A DNA stretch of 64,000 bases from an uncultured virus (IMG/VR IMGVR_UViG_3300042540_000426) (IMGVR_UViG_3300042540_000426); one strand, 5' to 3'; counted from the first letter of the stretch, positions 29,444-39,670 are shown. The notes: generated from the letters alone by a model not told the origin. Program-made: numbers and translations.

Positions 29444-29453
29444 TTACGTCCTT

Positions 29454-29624
29454 TTACTCTTTAGGAGGAGGGACGTCTTTAGTCTGTTGTGCCTGTACTT
29501 GCTTTTGAATCTCGTCAATCATAGGGCGGCTAAATTTGTGTGGTAACTCATCTAGCCCAGCAATAATTGTATTGATCTGCGCAACAGTAAAAGTAAAGTT
29601 AAGGGTTAGTTCTTGATTTGACAC
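29454..29624 (-). CDS. 56-aa protein (missing from ORF track)
   Basis: SD AAGGAG then GTG; MSNQELTLNFTFTVAQINTIIAGLDELPHKFSRPMIDEIQKQVQAQQTKDVPPPKE fills the gap between flanking genes. Confidence 0.7.
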   Translation of the reverse strand: MSNQELTLNFTFTVAQINTIIAGLDELPHKFSRPMIDEIQKQVQAQQTKDVPPPKE

Positions 29625-29634
29625 CTATTTCTCC

Positions 29635-30012
29635 TTATGGTTGGGGGGCTACTCCAGGCGGGCCTGGTTGTGGATTTGGGTCCCACGGTAATGGTGGTTC
29701 TGTAACTGGGTCTATTTCATTAGCAATTTGCTGGAGAATTTTTTCGTCAATATGCTGTTTATAGTCAGGATTGCCATTTACTACAGCACTAATCCAACCA
29801 ATAACATCAGCTTGAGTTAACTCGTTATAAGGCACAAACGGACTTTGTGCTGGGTCATAGGTAAATGGTGTAGCGCCAGTAAATGTGCCAGAATTACCCT
29901 GCTCATCCGTACCAGTTAAAGTCCAATAAGTCTGCACCACAACTTCAGGGTACTGGCCTTCGTTCCTGACTTTCATCGCTGTTACTTTATATTCATACGT
30001 TAAATTTGTCAT
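29635..30012 (-). CDS. fibre-associated/assembly chaperone-like protein
   Basis: FVPYNELTQADVIGW...PPLPW; follows a fibre gene. Confidence 0.6.
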   Translation of the reverse strand: MTNLTYEYKVTAMKVRNEGQYPEVVVQTYWTLTGTDEQGNSGTFTGATPFTYDPAQSPFVPYNELTQADVIGWISAVVNGNPDYKQHIDEKILQQIANEIDPVTEPPLPWDPNPQPGPPGVAPQP

Positions 30013-30021
30013 AGCTTTCTC

Positions 30022-31764
30022 CTAATTTGTTGCGTTTAATTCTAATTGCTTAATTCTTAAATTTTGTTCGTCAATAATCTGTTTTAAGTCTTGCACAGCT
30101 TGCACCAGTGGGGCGACCACTTTTGAATAGTCAACAGACTGAGATTTAATATTACCTTTGGCATCAACAGCATCTTTTTCACCTGATACAGCGTAAGGCA
30201 AAACTTCTTGCAACTCATGTGCAATAAACCCATCTTGCCGAATAGGTGATGATTGAATATGTGGTAAGTCTTTTTTCCAAGTAAATGATTTGACTTTAAG
30301 TTTCATTATTTTCTCAAGGCCATCAGTAACAGGCAATACATTTTCTTTTAATCGGTAATCGGAATGCAAATTCCACGCAGCAGCAATACCAGAATTACTT
30401 GTGTCAGGAGACCCGCCTGGTAAATGAATTCTATACGACGCACCAAAACCAACAGCTGAAATATAACCCTCAAAAGCTTGGTTTACTACATAACTCCAAC
30501 TGGTTGGGTCGCAATAGTAACCACTATTATTGTTGTCATACATTATTGGAGTGAAAATTCCTCCTGCCATAACTACATTGCCAGAACTGTTTACCGTAAC
30601 TCTTTGGGCAAGTGCTGTGTTGTCGTAACACATGTAAAAGGTGTTGTCTCCAACACCCATGGAGAATGTTCTAGCTCCACCATTATCGCCACGGATATTA
30701 AGAACTCCATAAGTAGCTCCGTAAATGGATATCTGACCTGTATTGGATGAACTGCCCCAAGCAGTATTAACTGGATTGGTGTTTTTAACACCGATACTAC
30801 CCGCAAAAATACCAGCGACTAATGAGTTGGGGTCTAAATAGTAGGTTGTGTCGTTTACGTCGTAGAAAATTCCTGCACGAACATCTGATACACCGTACAG
30901 TCGGTTGTAATATATTTCATTTGTGGATATATAATAGGTACTCTCACCATTTAAATACATAACACCGCTAGGTACTTTTCTAATATCCCAGCCGCCCCAG
31001 TTACTATTTAAAAAACCGTATGCTCCTGAAGTGCCATAAAGCTGCATCCTCCAGTTATTACCAGCGTCAAAAAACGATAGACCAAAATCAGAAGATCCAG
31101 CTAAAGCCCGCCAATAAGTATTTTGCCCTACGTTACCAGTAATTATTTGAGCATTACCGTTAGCTACTCTAACGTCGTTAAAAATGCTAATGCTTGCTGG
31201 GTCTACGTAATAGTTAGTGTTGTTCGAGTCGTAAAAAATCGGTGCTCGCACGTCGCCAGATGCTGCTACAGTTCCGCTTACATCCAATCTGTGCGCTGGG
31301 GTAGTGGTGCCCATTCCAATATTACCCGCAGAGGTAATACGCATACGCTCTGTAAATGTTAGGGTAGCTCCTGCTGAACCTGATGCGGCTGTTCGCCAAA
31401 TGTGTTCACCTGTATTTTGCTGATACTGTGTAGCAGCATCAGTTGTAATGTATTTAAAACTTGAGCCATCAAAAACAGTATTTGTACTTAAAAGTACAAC
31501 TGAACCACTAGTATTTCCAGCAACGGATGCGTTTAGCCCGACTTGTAACGCTTTATAAGCACTCCAAGCACTAGGAGTGACACCAATCCCCACATTACCA
31601 CTAGAGTCAATCCTCATCACTTCCGTGCCGCCCTCGGCAAAGGCTATCGTGTCTGCGGCTGGGTAAAAGATTCCTGTGTTGCTGTCCGTGCCTTGATAAG
31701 AGGGTGTACCAGCACTACCGTCTATGCCTGAGATACCCGTGGATCCGTTGAGAATTAGCGGCAT
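30022..31764 (-). CDS. tail fibre with C-terminal S74 autocleaving chaperone
   Basis: SDYRLKENV, GFIAHELQEV, VDYSKV; three IFYD..NTxYYxDP repeats. Confidence 0.85.
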   Translation of the reverse strand: MPLILNGSTGISGIDGSAGTPSYQGTDSNTGIFYPAADTIAFAEGGTEVMRIDSSGNVGIGVTPSAWSAYKALQVGLNASVAGNTSGSVVLLSTNTVFDGSSFKYITTDAATQYQQNTGEHIWRTAASGSAGATLTFTERMRITSAGNIGMGTTTPAHRLDVSGTVAASGDVRAPIFYDSNNTNYYVDPASISIFNDVRVANGNAQIITGNVGQNTYWRALAGSSDFGLSFFDAGNNWRMQLYGTSGAYGFLNSNWGGWDIRKVPSGVMYLNGESTYYISTNEIYYNRLYGVSDVRAGIFYDVNDTTYYLDPNSLVAGIFAGSIGVKNTNPVNTAWGSSSNTGQISIYGATYGVLNIRGDNGGARTFSMGVGDNTFYMCYDNTALAQRVTVNSSGNVVMAGGIFTPIMYDNNNSGYYCDPTSWSYVVNQAFEGYISAVGFGASYRIHLPGGSPDTSNSGIAAAWNLHSDYRLKENVLPVTDGLEKIMKLKVKSFTWKKDLPHIQSSPIRQDGFIAHELQEVLPYAVSGEKDAVDAKGNIKSQSVDYSKVVAPLVQAVQDLKQIIDEQNLRIKQLELNATN

Positions 31765-31765
31765 A

Positions 31766-32995
31766 TTATCTTGCTCCTTTTAATGCTTGGATTTCTGCGG
31801 CTTGCGCTTCGACTTTAGCGTTGAGTTCTTGGATTGCTGCTGTTAGTGTTGTTACTAATTTTGAATAGTCAACACCTTGATAAATTGGTTTTCCATTTTT
31901 ATCTACAGCATCTTTTTCCCCGTTAACACATACAGGGACAATTTCTTGCAATTCGTGAGCAATAAAACCCTCACCAGTTGAGCCGTCTGCTTTCCATGTG
32001 TAAGTGCATGGTTTGAGTTGCTGAACTTTTGCTAATGCACCTGTCATTGGTGCAATATTTTCTTTTAGACGGTAATCAGAGCCTGTGTTATAAGTCGTTG
32101 TGGTGTTAGTGCAAAGAATATAACCTACATTAGTTCCAGCACTATTATTCATATAACCAAAATAATGGTCGCTTCCTGTGGTAGTAGAAATATAAGCGGC
32201 ATAGCTAGTATTATTTAGTTTTACTTTCATCCCATTCTGAGTGCTTCCAGAATCAAAGCAAGCTCTAGCTACTGATGTACCCCCAGTTGAAATATCTGCT
32301 GTAGTGCCAACTAAAAAGTTACCACCAGAGGTAATACGCATACGCTCTGCGTTGTTGGTGGCAAATACCATTGGATATGCACCTTCAGACCAAAGCAAAG
32401 AAGAATAAGCTGTAACTCCAAATGCGCCACCAGTACTATTTTCTCTACCAAAATAAAAATCACCACCTGTGTTATTTACTCTAAGATTAACTCCGTTTGT
32501 TCCTGTAGAAGATGTAATACGCATTGTTCCAACTGCAGCAGAAATATCAAGTCTTGCTCCTACGCTTGTAACACCAATACCTACATTACCACTAGAGTCA
32601 ATACGCATACGCTCTGAGAAACTAATATTGTTTCCTGCTGTGCCAGAGGCTGCTTGTGACCATGTATATACACTTCCCGATGCATTAAAAAGACTAGCTG
32701 TTTGTCCAGTAACAGCATATTTCCAAGCACCCCCAGCAACATAAGCATTTACTGGAACATAGAAGTCTCCATTGCCAGCAGTAATTCCAGTTCCAGCAGT
32801 TGTGCCTAATTCAAGCGACCTATATCCTGTTGCACTAGTTCCGCTTGGTGTATTGCCTATACCTACATTTTGCGAGGTATCAATCGTCATGGCGGTGGTT
32901 GTGCCATTGGTTTGCAGCTGGAGAACCCCAGTGGTATCGCCAGATAGGTTTAGCGCTGTGGTTGAGGTTGTACCAGCGGAGATGACGCTTGCCAT
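31766..32995 (-). CDS. tail fibre with C-terminal S74 autocleaving chaperone
   Basis: SDYRLKENI, GFIAHELQEI, GVDYSKL; ERMRI repeats. Confidence 0.85.
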   Translation of the reverse strand: MASVISAGTTSTTALNLSGDTTGVLQLQTNGTTTAMTIDTSQNVGIGNTPSGTSATGYRSLELGTTAGTGITAGNGDFYVPVNAYVAGGAWKYAVTGQTASLFNASGSVYTWSQAASGTAGNNISFSERMRIDSSGNVGIGVTSVGARLDISAAVGTMRITSSTGTNGVNLRVNNTGGDFYFGRENSTGGAFGVTAYSSLLWSEGAYPMVFATNNAERMRITSGGNFLVGTTADISTGGTSVARACFDSGSTQNGMKVKLNNTSYAAYISTTTGSDHYFGYMNNSAGTNVGYILCTNTTTTYNTGSDYRLKENIAPMTGALAKVQQLKPCTYTWKADGSTGEGFIAHELQEIVPVCVNGEKDAVDKNGKPIYQGVDYSKLVTTLTAAIQELNAKVEAQAAEIQALKGAR

Positions 32996-32996
32996 A

Positions 32997-33251
32997 TTAC
33001 GATCCTAGTGAATTAGATGCTTGCTGTGCTTCGTATGCAGCAATAACTTCTGGAGTCCATGCTGCGTTGCAAATTGCTATAACTTCAGCAGGCTGTCCAG
33101 TTAAGTCTTGAGCAGGGGTCAGGCTAGTACGATGATACTTTTTAGTAATCTCTACGCCATCTTCGAAAAAGCGAGTAACTTCACGATATAGAACAATGCC
33201 GTTCTCGGTTACTGTAATTTGATCTACTTTTGTTTCTTTAGTAATTGCCAT
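32997..33251 (-). CDS. small fibre-associated protein
   Basis: YHRTSLTP...ICNAAWTPEVIAAY; follows the short fibre gene. Confidence 0.6.
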   Translation of the reverse strand: MAITKETKVDQITVTENGIVLYREVTRFFEDGVEITKKYHRTSLTPAQDLTGQPAEVIAICNAAWTPEVIAAYEAQQASNSLGS

Positions 33252-33264
33252 TTAATTATCCTGT

Positions 33265-33852
33265 CTAAACGAAATATGTAACAACACCCCTAAAACTCTT
33301 TGTGCTAAGTGTTGCGTTTTGAATAGCATTTGATGCCAAATCGTCAAATTGAATAACTGCTGTATTGTCAAGCACTCGTACTAATATTCCTGATCCATGA
33401 GTTGAATAAGACAAAAATCCACCAAAGGTTGGATCAGTTCCTGAGCTTGTGCTTGTAAACGGTAAGCCAAACAGCCGAGCTATGCTGCCAGAACCAGTAG
33501 AAGGAAATACTATAGTAAATCTCGCTATAACAACTCTGCCTATTTTTGTGTAAGAACCATCGGCTGTTGAATAGGTAATTCCGTTACCTGTCGGTGTCCA
33601 AGTCCCTTCCTCGTAATCGTCTAGCGTATTAGCGTCAGTTGAAGCAGATTGGGTTGCTGGGAAGGTGATGCCCGAACCAGAATTAGATGGCGTAGCTCCA
33701 CCAACACCTATCGTTGTAGCAAATGAAGGAGTTGTAAGCGTTGCAACCGTAGCTGTTTGAGCAGGGAGCGTAAGCGTTGTTGTTCCCGCAGTTGCTGGGG
33801 CAGCTAGGGTTACTGAACCCGATGTATCTCCCGAAATAACTATGCTTGCCAT
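33265..33852 (-). CDS. short tail-fibre-like protein
   Basis: ANTLDDYEEGTWTP and YTKIGRVV motifs. Confidence 0.7.
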   Translation of the reverse strand: MASIVISGDTSGSVTLAAPATAGTTTLTLPAQTATVATLTTPSFATTIGVGGATPSNSGSGITFPATQSASTDANTLDDYEEGTWTPTGNGITYSTADGSYTKIGRVVIARFTIVFPSTGSGSIARLFGLPFTSTSSGTDPTFGGFLSYSTHGSGILVRVLDNTAVIQFDDLASNAIQNATLSTKSFRGVVTYFV

Positions 33853-33861
33853 ATCCTATCC

Positions 33862-36159
33862 TTATAAAACAACGTGTCTGGAACCAGCTGGGATGGTGAA
33901 CGTTACACCTCCGGCAATTGTGAACGGCCCTGTAGACATACCGCTATATCCTGACGGCATTGAATAACTTGAACCCATTGTTTGGTTGTTGATAAATACG
34001 CCGTTTGTTGCAATAACTTCTTGACCGCTAATCTCGTTAGAAGCAAAGTTACCAGACGCATCACGCAGTACCAAAGTGTTTGCGCTGTTTGCTGTATTAC
34101 CAGTCGTTCTGGCGTTGGCGATGGTTCCGCTAGTGATGTTTGATGCGTTGATGTCAGTTAAGCCAGCACCATTACCAGTAATAGTAACGAACGCACCTAC
34201 ATTGGCAGCAAAAGACCCGTTAGTATCACGAGCTACGATGGTGCTTGCGCCGTTAGCTGAGTTGGCAGTCGTATAAACGTTGGCAATAACGTTAGCTGAC
34301 CATGTACCAGAAGTTAAATTTCCGACTCCAGTAATATTGGCATACGCTCCTGATACATAAGCAGACCCTATCGTACCGCTTGAAATGTTGCTGGCGTTGA
34401 TGTTGGTTAGGCTGGTTGCGTTTCCAACAAAGTTATTGGCGTTTACAACATTGGCGGAAAAAGACCCGTTAGTATCACGAAGCACAATAGTGGAAGCACC
34501 ATTGGCAGAAGAAGCAGTAGTCCTGGCATTGTCGACAGTCCCTGTGGTTAAGTTAGAGGCATTAATCGCTGTAATCTGAACGCCATTACCAATAAACGAT
34601 GCAGCATTAACGGTGTTAGCTTCAAAGTTACCACTTAAATCCCGAAGGACTATTGTGTTTGCACCGTTGTTAGAAGCAGCTGTTGTACGAGCGTTATCAA
34701 TCGTGCCTGAGCTAATATTTGAGGCGTTGATTGCATTGATTGCAGAGCCGTCACCGCTAAACGCACCCGAAATAACGTTTGCTGCAAAACTGCCGTTGGC
34801 ATCCCGAAGAACGATGGTGTTTGCGCTGTTTGAAGAGCTTGCTGTTGTACGGGCGTTAGCAATCGTACCGCTAGTAATGTTTGAGGCGTTAATGTCGGTT
34901 AGGCTTACACCGTTACCACTAATGTTGGTAAAGTTACCAGTTGTTGCATTAACTGTAGTAAAGGTTCCTACGTTGGCATTGAATGATCCGTTGGTGTCCC
35001 GTAGAACAATAGTGCTTGCGCCGTTTGCTGAACTAGCGGTGGTCTGAGCGTTTGGCAGTGTGCCTGTTGTAATGCTTGACGCATTGATCGCTACGTTAGC
35101 GGCGTTGGTTAACTGACCTTGAGCATTGACTGTAAACTGAGCTACGCTGCCATCGTTACCATATTGCGCCGCAGTAACGGCTGTATTAGCAATACTAAAT
35201 GTTAGGTTGGCAAGGTTTAATCCCGTTCCAGCGTTATAGACTTGAGCAGAACTAATCTGCGCAAATGTAAGATTGGTTGAGCCAAAAGTAATTGTGCCTA
35301 CGGTATTGAGAATATAAGTTTCGCCAGCTCCTGTATTACCAGAAGTAACAAAAACTGCATCACCTTGACCTAGTTTATTTGGGTCTCCAACACCATAAGT
35401 ATCGGCATCGGTTGCACGAGTCAGAACCCACTGAGCACCGCCTGGATCAGGAGCACCTGGATTGGTAACCGTATAAATACCGTTTTGTACCGCATTGGCT
35501 TGCGTATATACAAGAACACGGGCTGTATTGGATACAGATACGCCGTCAATCACTAAAGCTACGTTAGCGCCGCTGTTGGTGAGTGTTGCGCCTACTCCGT
35601 TACCAGCACCGCCAGGTTGATTATAGGTAGCAGTTAAAGCGGTTGGGGACTCCACCAAAACAGGGGTATGGTACGTTATGCCTGTTGAAAATAGGGAGTC
35701 AACATACTGCTTGTTAGTAATATCCGTAGCATTTGCAGCGTTGGTGCTGATTGTTCCAGACACCATGACCACGTTAGAGGCATTGATGTTGGTAAACGCT
35801 ACCGTATTTGCGCCGTTACCCGATGTGTTAACAACATCGCTTGCATTTGTATAAACCGCTTTCTCAGATGGCTGGACTACAAATACGTCCTTTGTGCCCG
35901 TTGTAAAGTTAACAAGTGACCCACCATTACTAGAAGAAAGAACTGTGTCTCGACTTAAAGTGGTTCCGCTAGATGTGTACGTACCAATACCGACTTCCCA
36001 TTCCGTGCCAACTTGAGCAGTAATGGTGTAATAGGTCGTATTCCCGTTGCCAATAGCGGCAAAGGATTGGTATCCATCAGCAGCGCCTAGAAGAGTAACT
36101 GTACCAGTACCAACTACGGTAGTGGTTTCTTTAACCCTATCCTTTAAGATCAGAGCCAT
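33862..36159 (-). CDS. long tail fibre with internal repeats
   Basis: N-terminal LKDRVKETT...EWEVGIG; about six INASNIxSGTI.NART...TIVLRD repeats. Confidence 0.8.
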   Translation of the reverse strand: MALILKDRVKETTTVVGTGTVTLLGAADGYQSFAAIGNGNTTYYTITAQVGTEWEVGIGTYTSSGTTLSRDTVLSSSNGGSLVNFTTGTKDVFVVQPSEKAVYTNASDVVNTSGNGANTVAFTNINASNVVMVSGTISTNAANATDITNKQYVDSLFSTGITYHTPVLVESPTALTATYNQPGGAGNGVGATLTNSGANVALVIDGVSVSNTARVLVYTQANAVQNGIYTVTNPGAPDPGGAQWVLTRATDADTYGVGDPNKLGQGDAVFVTSGNTGAGETYILNTVGTITFGSTNLTFAQISSAQVYNAGTGLNLANLTFSIANTAVTAAQYGNDGSVAQFTVNAQGQLTNAANVAINASSITTGTLPNAQTTASSANGASTIVLRDTNGSFNANVGTFTTVNATTGNFTNISGNGVSLTDINASNITSGTIANARTTASSSNSANTIVLRDANGSFAANVISGAFSGDGSAINAINASNISSGTIDNARTTAASNNGANTIVLRDLSGNFEANTVNAASFIGNGVQITAINASNLTTGTVDNARTTASSANGASTIVLRDTNGSFSANVVNANNFVGNATSLTNINASNISSGTIGSAYVSGAYANITGVGNLTSGTWSANVIANVYTTANSANGASTIVARDTNGSFAANVGAFVTITGNGAGLTDINASNITSGTIANARTTGNTANSANTLVLRDASGNFASNEISGQEVIATNGVFINNQTMGSSYSMPSGYSGMSTGPFTIAGGVTFTIPAGSRHVVL

Positions 36160-36168
36160 TTAAGCTCC

Positions 36169-36600
36169 TTAACTTGCGGTCAAGCGGATGATAGCGTTGG
36201 ATGCGTCTGCGGTTGGGAAGTTAACTGCAAATGTACCATTGGTCGATGTTTTATCCCCACCAAATGCCAGTACGCAGACTGCTGCGTTTGACAAGTTAGA
36301 GTTATAAATCAAAGCGCCATTGGCAGTGATTGTTGCGTTTAACCAAGAAGTATTGGAGAACGAAATGTACGCTACGTTTCCAGAGTTTGTTGGGGTTACG
36401 CTAACAGTCAACGTATTACCGCCAGCCGAGTAGTTGCCCGTTGAAGGCACTTCGTTGGTTGCAGAATACGCAGTTGTGTTCTCATTCAAAGTCGCAGAGC
36501 TAGTGTACAGCGCTAACTTAAATGTATCTGCGGAAAAGTTTTGCTGACCATTCAAGAGTTGAACCTTGAACGATGTAGCCATTGCTTGGGTGATTGCCAT
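36169..36600 (-). CDS. virion structural protein
   Basis: FKLALYTSSA...GALIYN; tail module context. Confidence 0.65.
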   Translation of the reverse strand: MAITQAMATSFKVQLLNGQQNFSADTFKLALYTSSATLNENTTAYSATNEVPSTGNYSAGGNTLTVSVTPTNSGNVAYISFSNTSWLNATITANGALIYNSNLSNAAVCVLAFGGDKTSTNGTFAVNFPTADASNAIIRLTAS

Positions 36601-36614
36601 AAAATGCTCCTAAA

Positions 36615-37262
36615 TTATCTAACTGGCCCGGGTACGGGTAATTTTAATTGTCCATCACGGTATGCGCTACGTCTATCTTTACCATCACCCAAGTCTTTGA
36701 GTAACGCTAAGGATTCTTGATACTTTGACTCGTAATATGTAACCATGTCTTGCTCTCCCTTTTGGAAGATAACGGCTTCACGCAACGAACCATAGAGTAA
36801 AACAGTCTCAAAATTATCGCCCAGCCAAGAGGTTCCAGCAGTCACAATTGACTGTGGGTAGTAGTAATAATGCAGTTCTACTTGGTAGTTATCATCCGGG
36901 GTAGGGCCAATAATGTATGTGTATGGCTCAAACTGGGCGTAGTAACGGGGTACGCCTTCATCAGTAGGGCTGGGGTAGGCTTGACGAATAAAGTTAACGT
37001 CTTTGTCAATCAAGAACTCCTGAGACCCATCAGCCAAAATTACCGCCATAGAAAACGAGGCTAAATAGTCGCTCGGTAACGCAAGGTATTTGTCGCCCTG
37101 AGTGAAGTTACCAACCTGATTCTTGCGAATGGCTGGGATTTGAACGGCGTTATAAACGCGCTCTTCACATTGTTGGACAAAAAGCGGGATGTTGTCTACA
37201 AGAAGCTGTTCGTCAGATTCTATATAGTCAATAATCGCTTGCGTTAACTGTGAGTAATTCAT
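36615..37262 (-). CDS. tail/adaptor ring protein
   Basis: GVPRYY...IGPTPD...LHYYY...WLGDN...LLYGSL. Confidence 0.65.
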   Translation of the reverse strand: MNYSQLTQAIIDYIESDEQLLVDNIPLFVQQCEERVYNAVQIPAIRKNQVGNFTQGDKYLALPSDYLASFSMAVILADGSQEFLIDKDVNFIRQAYPSPTDEGVPRYYAQFEPYTYIIGPTPDDNYQVELHYYYYPQSIVTAGTSWLGDNFETVLLYGSLREAVIFQKGEQDMVTYYESKYQESLALLKDLGDGKDRRSAYRDGQLKLPVPGPVR

Positions 37263-37525
37263 TATGCCATCGGCCCTCTAGCCATCACACCTTTAGTAGC
37301 TGCGCCAGTACCACGAATTTTAATGCCATCAGTCTTTACGCCTTTACCGGTGTTTTTGCTCAGTTTGCCAACAGAAATATCAAGCTCGTCCATTACTTTA
37401 GCGCCGGACTCATCTTTAATAGACCCAGCTACGGTCACTTTCTTTCCTGTCATTGTGTGGGGTTCTGCGTAAACAGAAGCCGGACCGACTTCTTTACCGT
37501 CCCGTTTCATACTGTATTTAGCCAT
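37262..37525 (-). CDS. small basic protein
   Basis: C-terminal RGTGAATKG motif; coupled to neighbours. Confidence 0.65.
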   Translation of the reverse strand: MAKYSMKRDGKEVGPASVYAEPHTMTGKKVTVAGSIKDESGAKVMDELDISVGKLSKNTGKGVKTDGIKIRGTGAATKGVMARGPMA

Positions 37526-37527
37526 GA

Positions 37528-37740
37528 TTAACGTCCTCTTCCTGCGCTCTTGCGCATCATTCCTTGATTAGCTACGCGAGCCATATTGCGACCCATAGCT
37601 TTCAAGCTTTCGTTAGTAACGGTTTTGGCTCCTTTGCCTTTACCGCCATGCTGAATACCTACAGATGGGCCAGAATCACCAAGGTTTTTACCTTTGGTTT
37701 TGCCCTGCTTAGTTACACCGTCAGCGCCTTTTTTAAACAT
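37528..37740 (-). CDS. small basic protein
   Basis: ADGVTKQGKTKG motif; SD AGGAG. Confidence 0.65.
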   Translation of the reverse strand: MFKKGADGVTKQGKTKGKNLGDSGPSVGIQHGGKGKGAKTVTNESLKAMGRNMARVANQGMMRKSAGRGR

Positions 37741-37749
37741 GTTTTTCTC

Positions 37750-38172
37750 CTAAGTTGTTGTTACCGTAACTGTACCCAAAACTACACCAGAAACCAAGTC
37801 ATTTGGCGTTTGAGGCCAGTTTGACCCACCCCCAACGGGGTTCCATCCCCACTGGAAAACCCTACTACCCATCGTCGGATCACCAAACCCATCTAGCGTT
37901 GACCCCGCGTTCTGGTTTAACTGCAGCCCCGTATAGCCACCCTGATAGTAAGTATTGTCCGGTCTTGGGTTACGCAACGCTTGCGGGTCTTCCACAGGGT
38001 ACATACCTAACTGCAACTGTGGGTGATCTGGATCCCAGCACGTAGGACAAACACGTATCTGATATGGCTTGGTCTTAATAATCTCCGTTTTCAAAACTTT
38101 AAGCGGATAGCGGAAATTGCAGCGGTCGCACTGCGAAATCGCATACTTACCCGAAGCAAATCTATTTGGCAC
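37750..38172 (-). CDS. Cys-motif late protein
   Basis: CDRC and CPTC...DPQALRNPRPD. Confidence 0.7.
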   Translation of the reverse strand: MPNRFASGKYAISQCDRCNFRYPLKVLKTEIIKTKPYQIRVCPTCWDPDHPQLQLGMYPVEDPQALRNPRPDNTYYQGGYTGLQLNQNAGSTLDGFGDPTMGSRVFQWGWNPVGGGSNWPQTPNDLVSGVVLGTVTVTTT

Positions 38173-38182
38173 ACACTATCCC

Positions 38183-38935
38183 TTACGTAATAAACATTCT
38201 GCGTGGCACAAAGCGCACCGCCGCTTTTTCACGATCTTCATCTGCGGCGAACTGCCAAGCCTCGTCGTACTGAGCTTTTAGCATGGCAATACGTTGCTGA
38301 GCTTCTGGTAGCTTGACCGACAGGTAATACGCCAACCCTGCAATCATGCAGGGCAAGAAACGGAACGGAATGTCCATTGTATTAACGCCGTTACCAGCGT
38401 CATGAATTCTCCGCAACCGCCAGTACACAAAAGTGTAGTAGGGGTTTTGTTGCGTCCCTTGGTCTGGGGTAGGCCAGACTACGATCTTGGGGTAATCAAC
38501 GCCTGCTGGCGGGGTTGTATTTTGGTCTCCGGCGTAATCTGCACCAGACTGACGATTTACCCACACCTGAATAGGCCGCGCCTGTTGTAGCTTGTTTGGG
38601 ATGGTTGCGTAGGTGGACACGCTGATGCGTGTGATGGTTAAGTCGGCTTGATTGTTCTGCACCCCAGGGTTTGTACGGATCACATGCTCAAGCAAGTCCA
38701 CAGTATCTATCGGTAGATTATACGTATTTACGCCTTGCTCTAAAGCAATCTGCCCCTGCTCAACCGTCCATAGGTTAATACCGCGGTTTGCCCAATCAGC
38801 AAACAGCAAGTTGAGGCTGCGACGTGCAGTCTTTAAATCGTAACCAGAGCGTAGCTCTGAGCCACAACGCTCAAAAGCTTCCTCAACTATTTCAGTTAAG
38901 TCTAGGTTAAAGGTTGCATTTGCGACGACAGTCAT
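38183..38935 (-). CDS. head-tail adaptor/tail tubular A-like protein
   Basis: EEAFERCG...WANRGINLW...VWPTPD...AADEDRE. Confidence 0.65.
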   Translation of the reverse strand: MTVVANATFNLDLTEIVEEAFERCGSELRSGYDLKTARRSLNLLFADWANRGINLWTVEQGQIALEQGVNTYNLPIDTVDLLEHVIRTNPGVQNNQADLTITRISVSTYATIPNKLQQARPIQVWVNRQSGADYAGDQNTTPPAGVDYPKIVVWPTPDQGTQQNPYYTFVYWRLRRIHDAGNGVNTMDIPFRFLPCMIAGLAYYLSVKLPEAQQRIAMLKAQYDEAWQFAADEDREKAAVRFVPRRMFIT

Positions 38936-39183
38936 TATTTAACCTTTCGGAAGGACTTTACCTTTTGCTTTACCTTTGGAGGCTGTGGCACAAACTGCTT
39001 TCCTTGGGCTTTTCCGGCTCGCTTTGCTCGAGTTGTTGCTGCGTACTCGCTTGGGCTTAGAGCCTGTATTGCCTTTTTTGGCAGGTACCGCTCTCCGGTT
39101 TCGGACGACTTCTTGCCGGACTTCGTTGTCCACTCTTGCTTCGTCCATGCCTTGAGGCTGCGCTGGGGTTTTGCTAGTGCCAT
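38935..39183 (-). CDS. basic protein resembling the second half of DUF5872
   Basis: QRSLKAWTKQEW...ERYLPKKA (family recalled, not searched). Confidence 0.6.
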   Translation of the reverse strand: MALAKPQRSLKAWTKQEWTTKSGKKSSETGERYLPKKAIQALSPSEYAATTRAKRAGKAQGKQFVPQPPKVKQKVKSFRKVK

Positions 39184-39210
39184 TAAAAAGTCTCCAAAGC
39201 CACGAAAACA

Positions 39211-39387
39211 TTATTTCTTTAGCTTCGACAAAGTCTGAGCTAACCTCGCACGTTGACCCATTTTGCCGGGAGCTTTAGCTGCTGTAGCCAGTTTCTTGGC
39301 AGGGATTTTTTCACCAGCTTTAACCCCCATAGCGCTACGTAATGCGCCAGGTTTTTTAATCGCCTTCTGTATCCATTTTTCAGCCAC
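39211..39387 (-). CDS. small Lys/Ala-rich protein; start moved to GTG 39387
   Basis: SD GGAGG; MAEKWIQKAIKKPGALR...RARLAQTL. Confidence 0.7.
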   Translation of the reverse strand: MAEKWIQKAIKKPGALRSAMGVKAGEKIPAKKLATAAKAPGKMGQRARLAQTLSKLKK

Positions 39388-39670
39388 GATAACCTCCGCC
39401 TTTTTCTTTGTACTTCTTAGCCAACAATTGCGCTTTTCTTGCAGACCATTGACCGGCCGCAGTGCCTTGGGTTGCCGAGTTTTTAATGCTCTCAAATAAA
39501 GACTTGCGCATACTAGGATTAGTGTAATTGCCCGCTTGATTAACCTTGGACTTTACTGCGCCACCTTCGGCATACAAATCAACATCTTGAGGCTTGTCCT
39601 TGCGGTGTATTACTTTCTTTCCGGGCATTTTAGAGGGCATTATTGCCCCCATTCCACGAGACGCTCTCAT
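39380..39670 (-). CDS. basic protein resembling the first half of DUF5872
   Basis: GQWSARKAQLLAKKYKEKGGGY; also YAEGGAV. Confidence 0.65.
   Translation of the reverse strand: MRASRGMGAIMPSKMPGKKVIHRKDKPQDVDLYAEGGAVKSKVNQAGNYTNPSMRKSLFESIKNSATQGTAAGQWSARKAQLLAKKYKEKGGGYRG

Noticed and set aside
30022..32995. Diversity-generating retroelement or shufflon acting on the fibres
   Set aside because: No reverse transcriptase, invertase, inverted cassettes or adenine-specific TR/VR pair in the window
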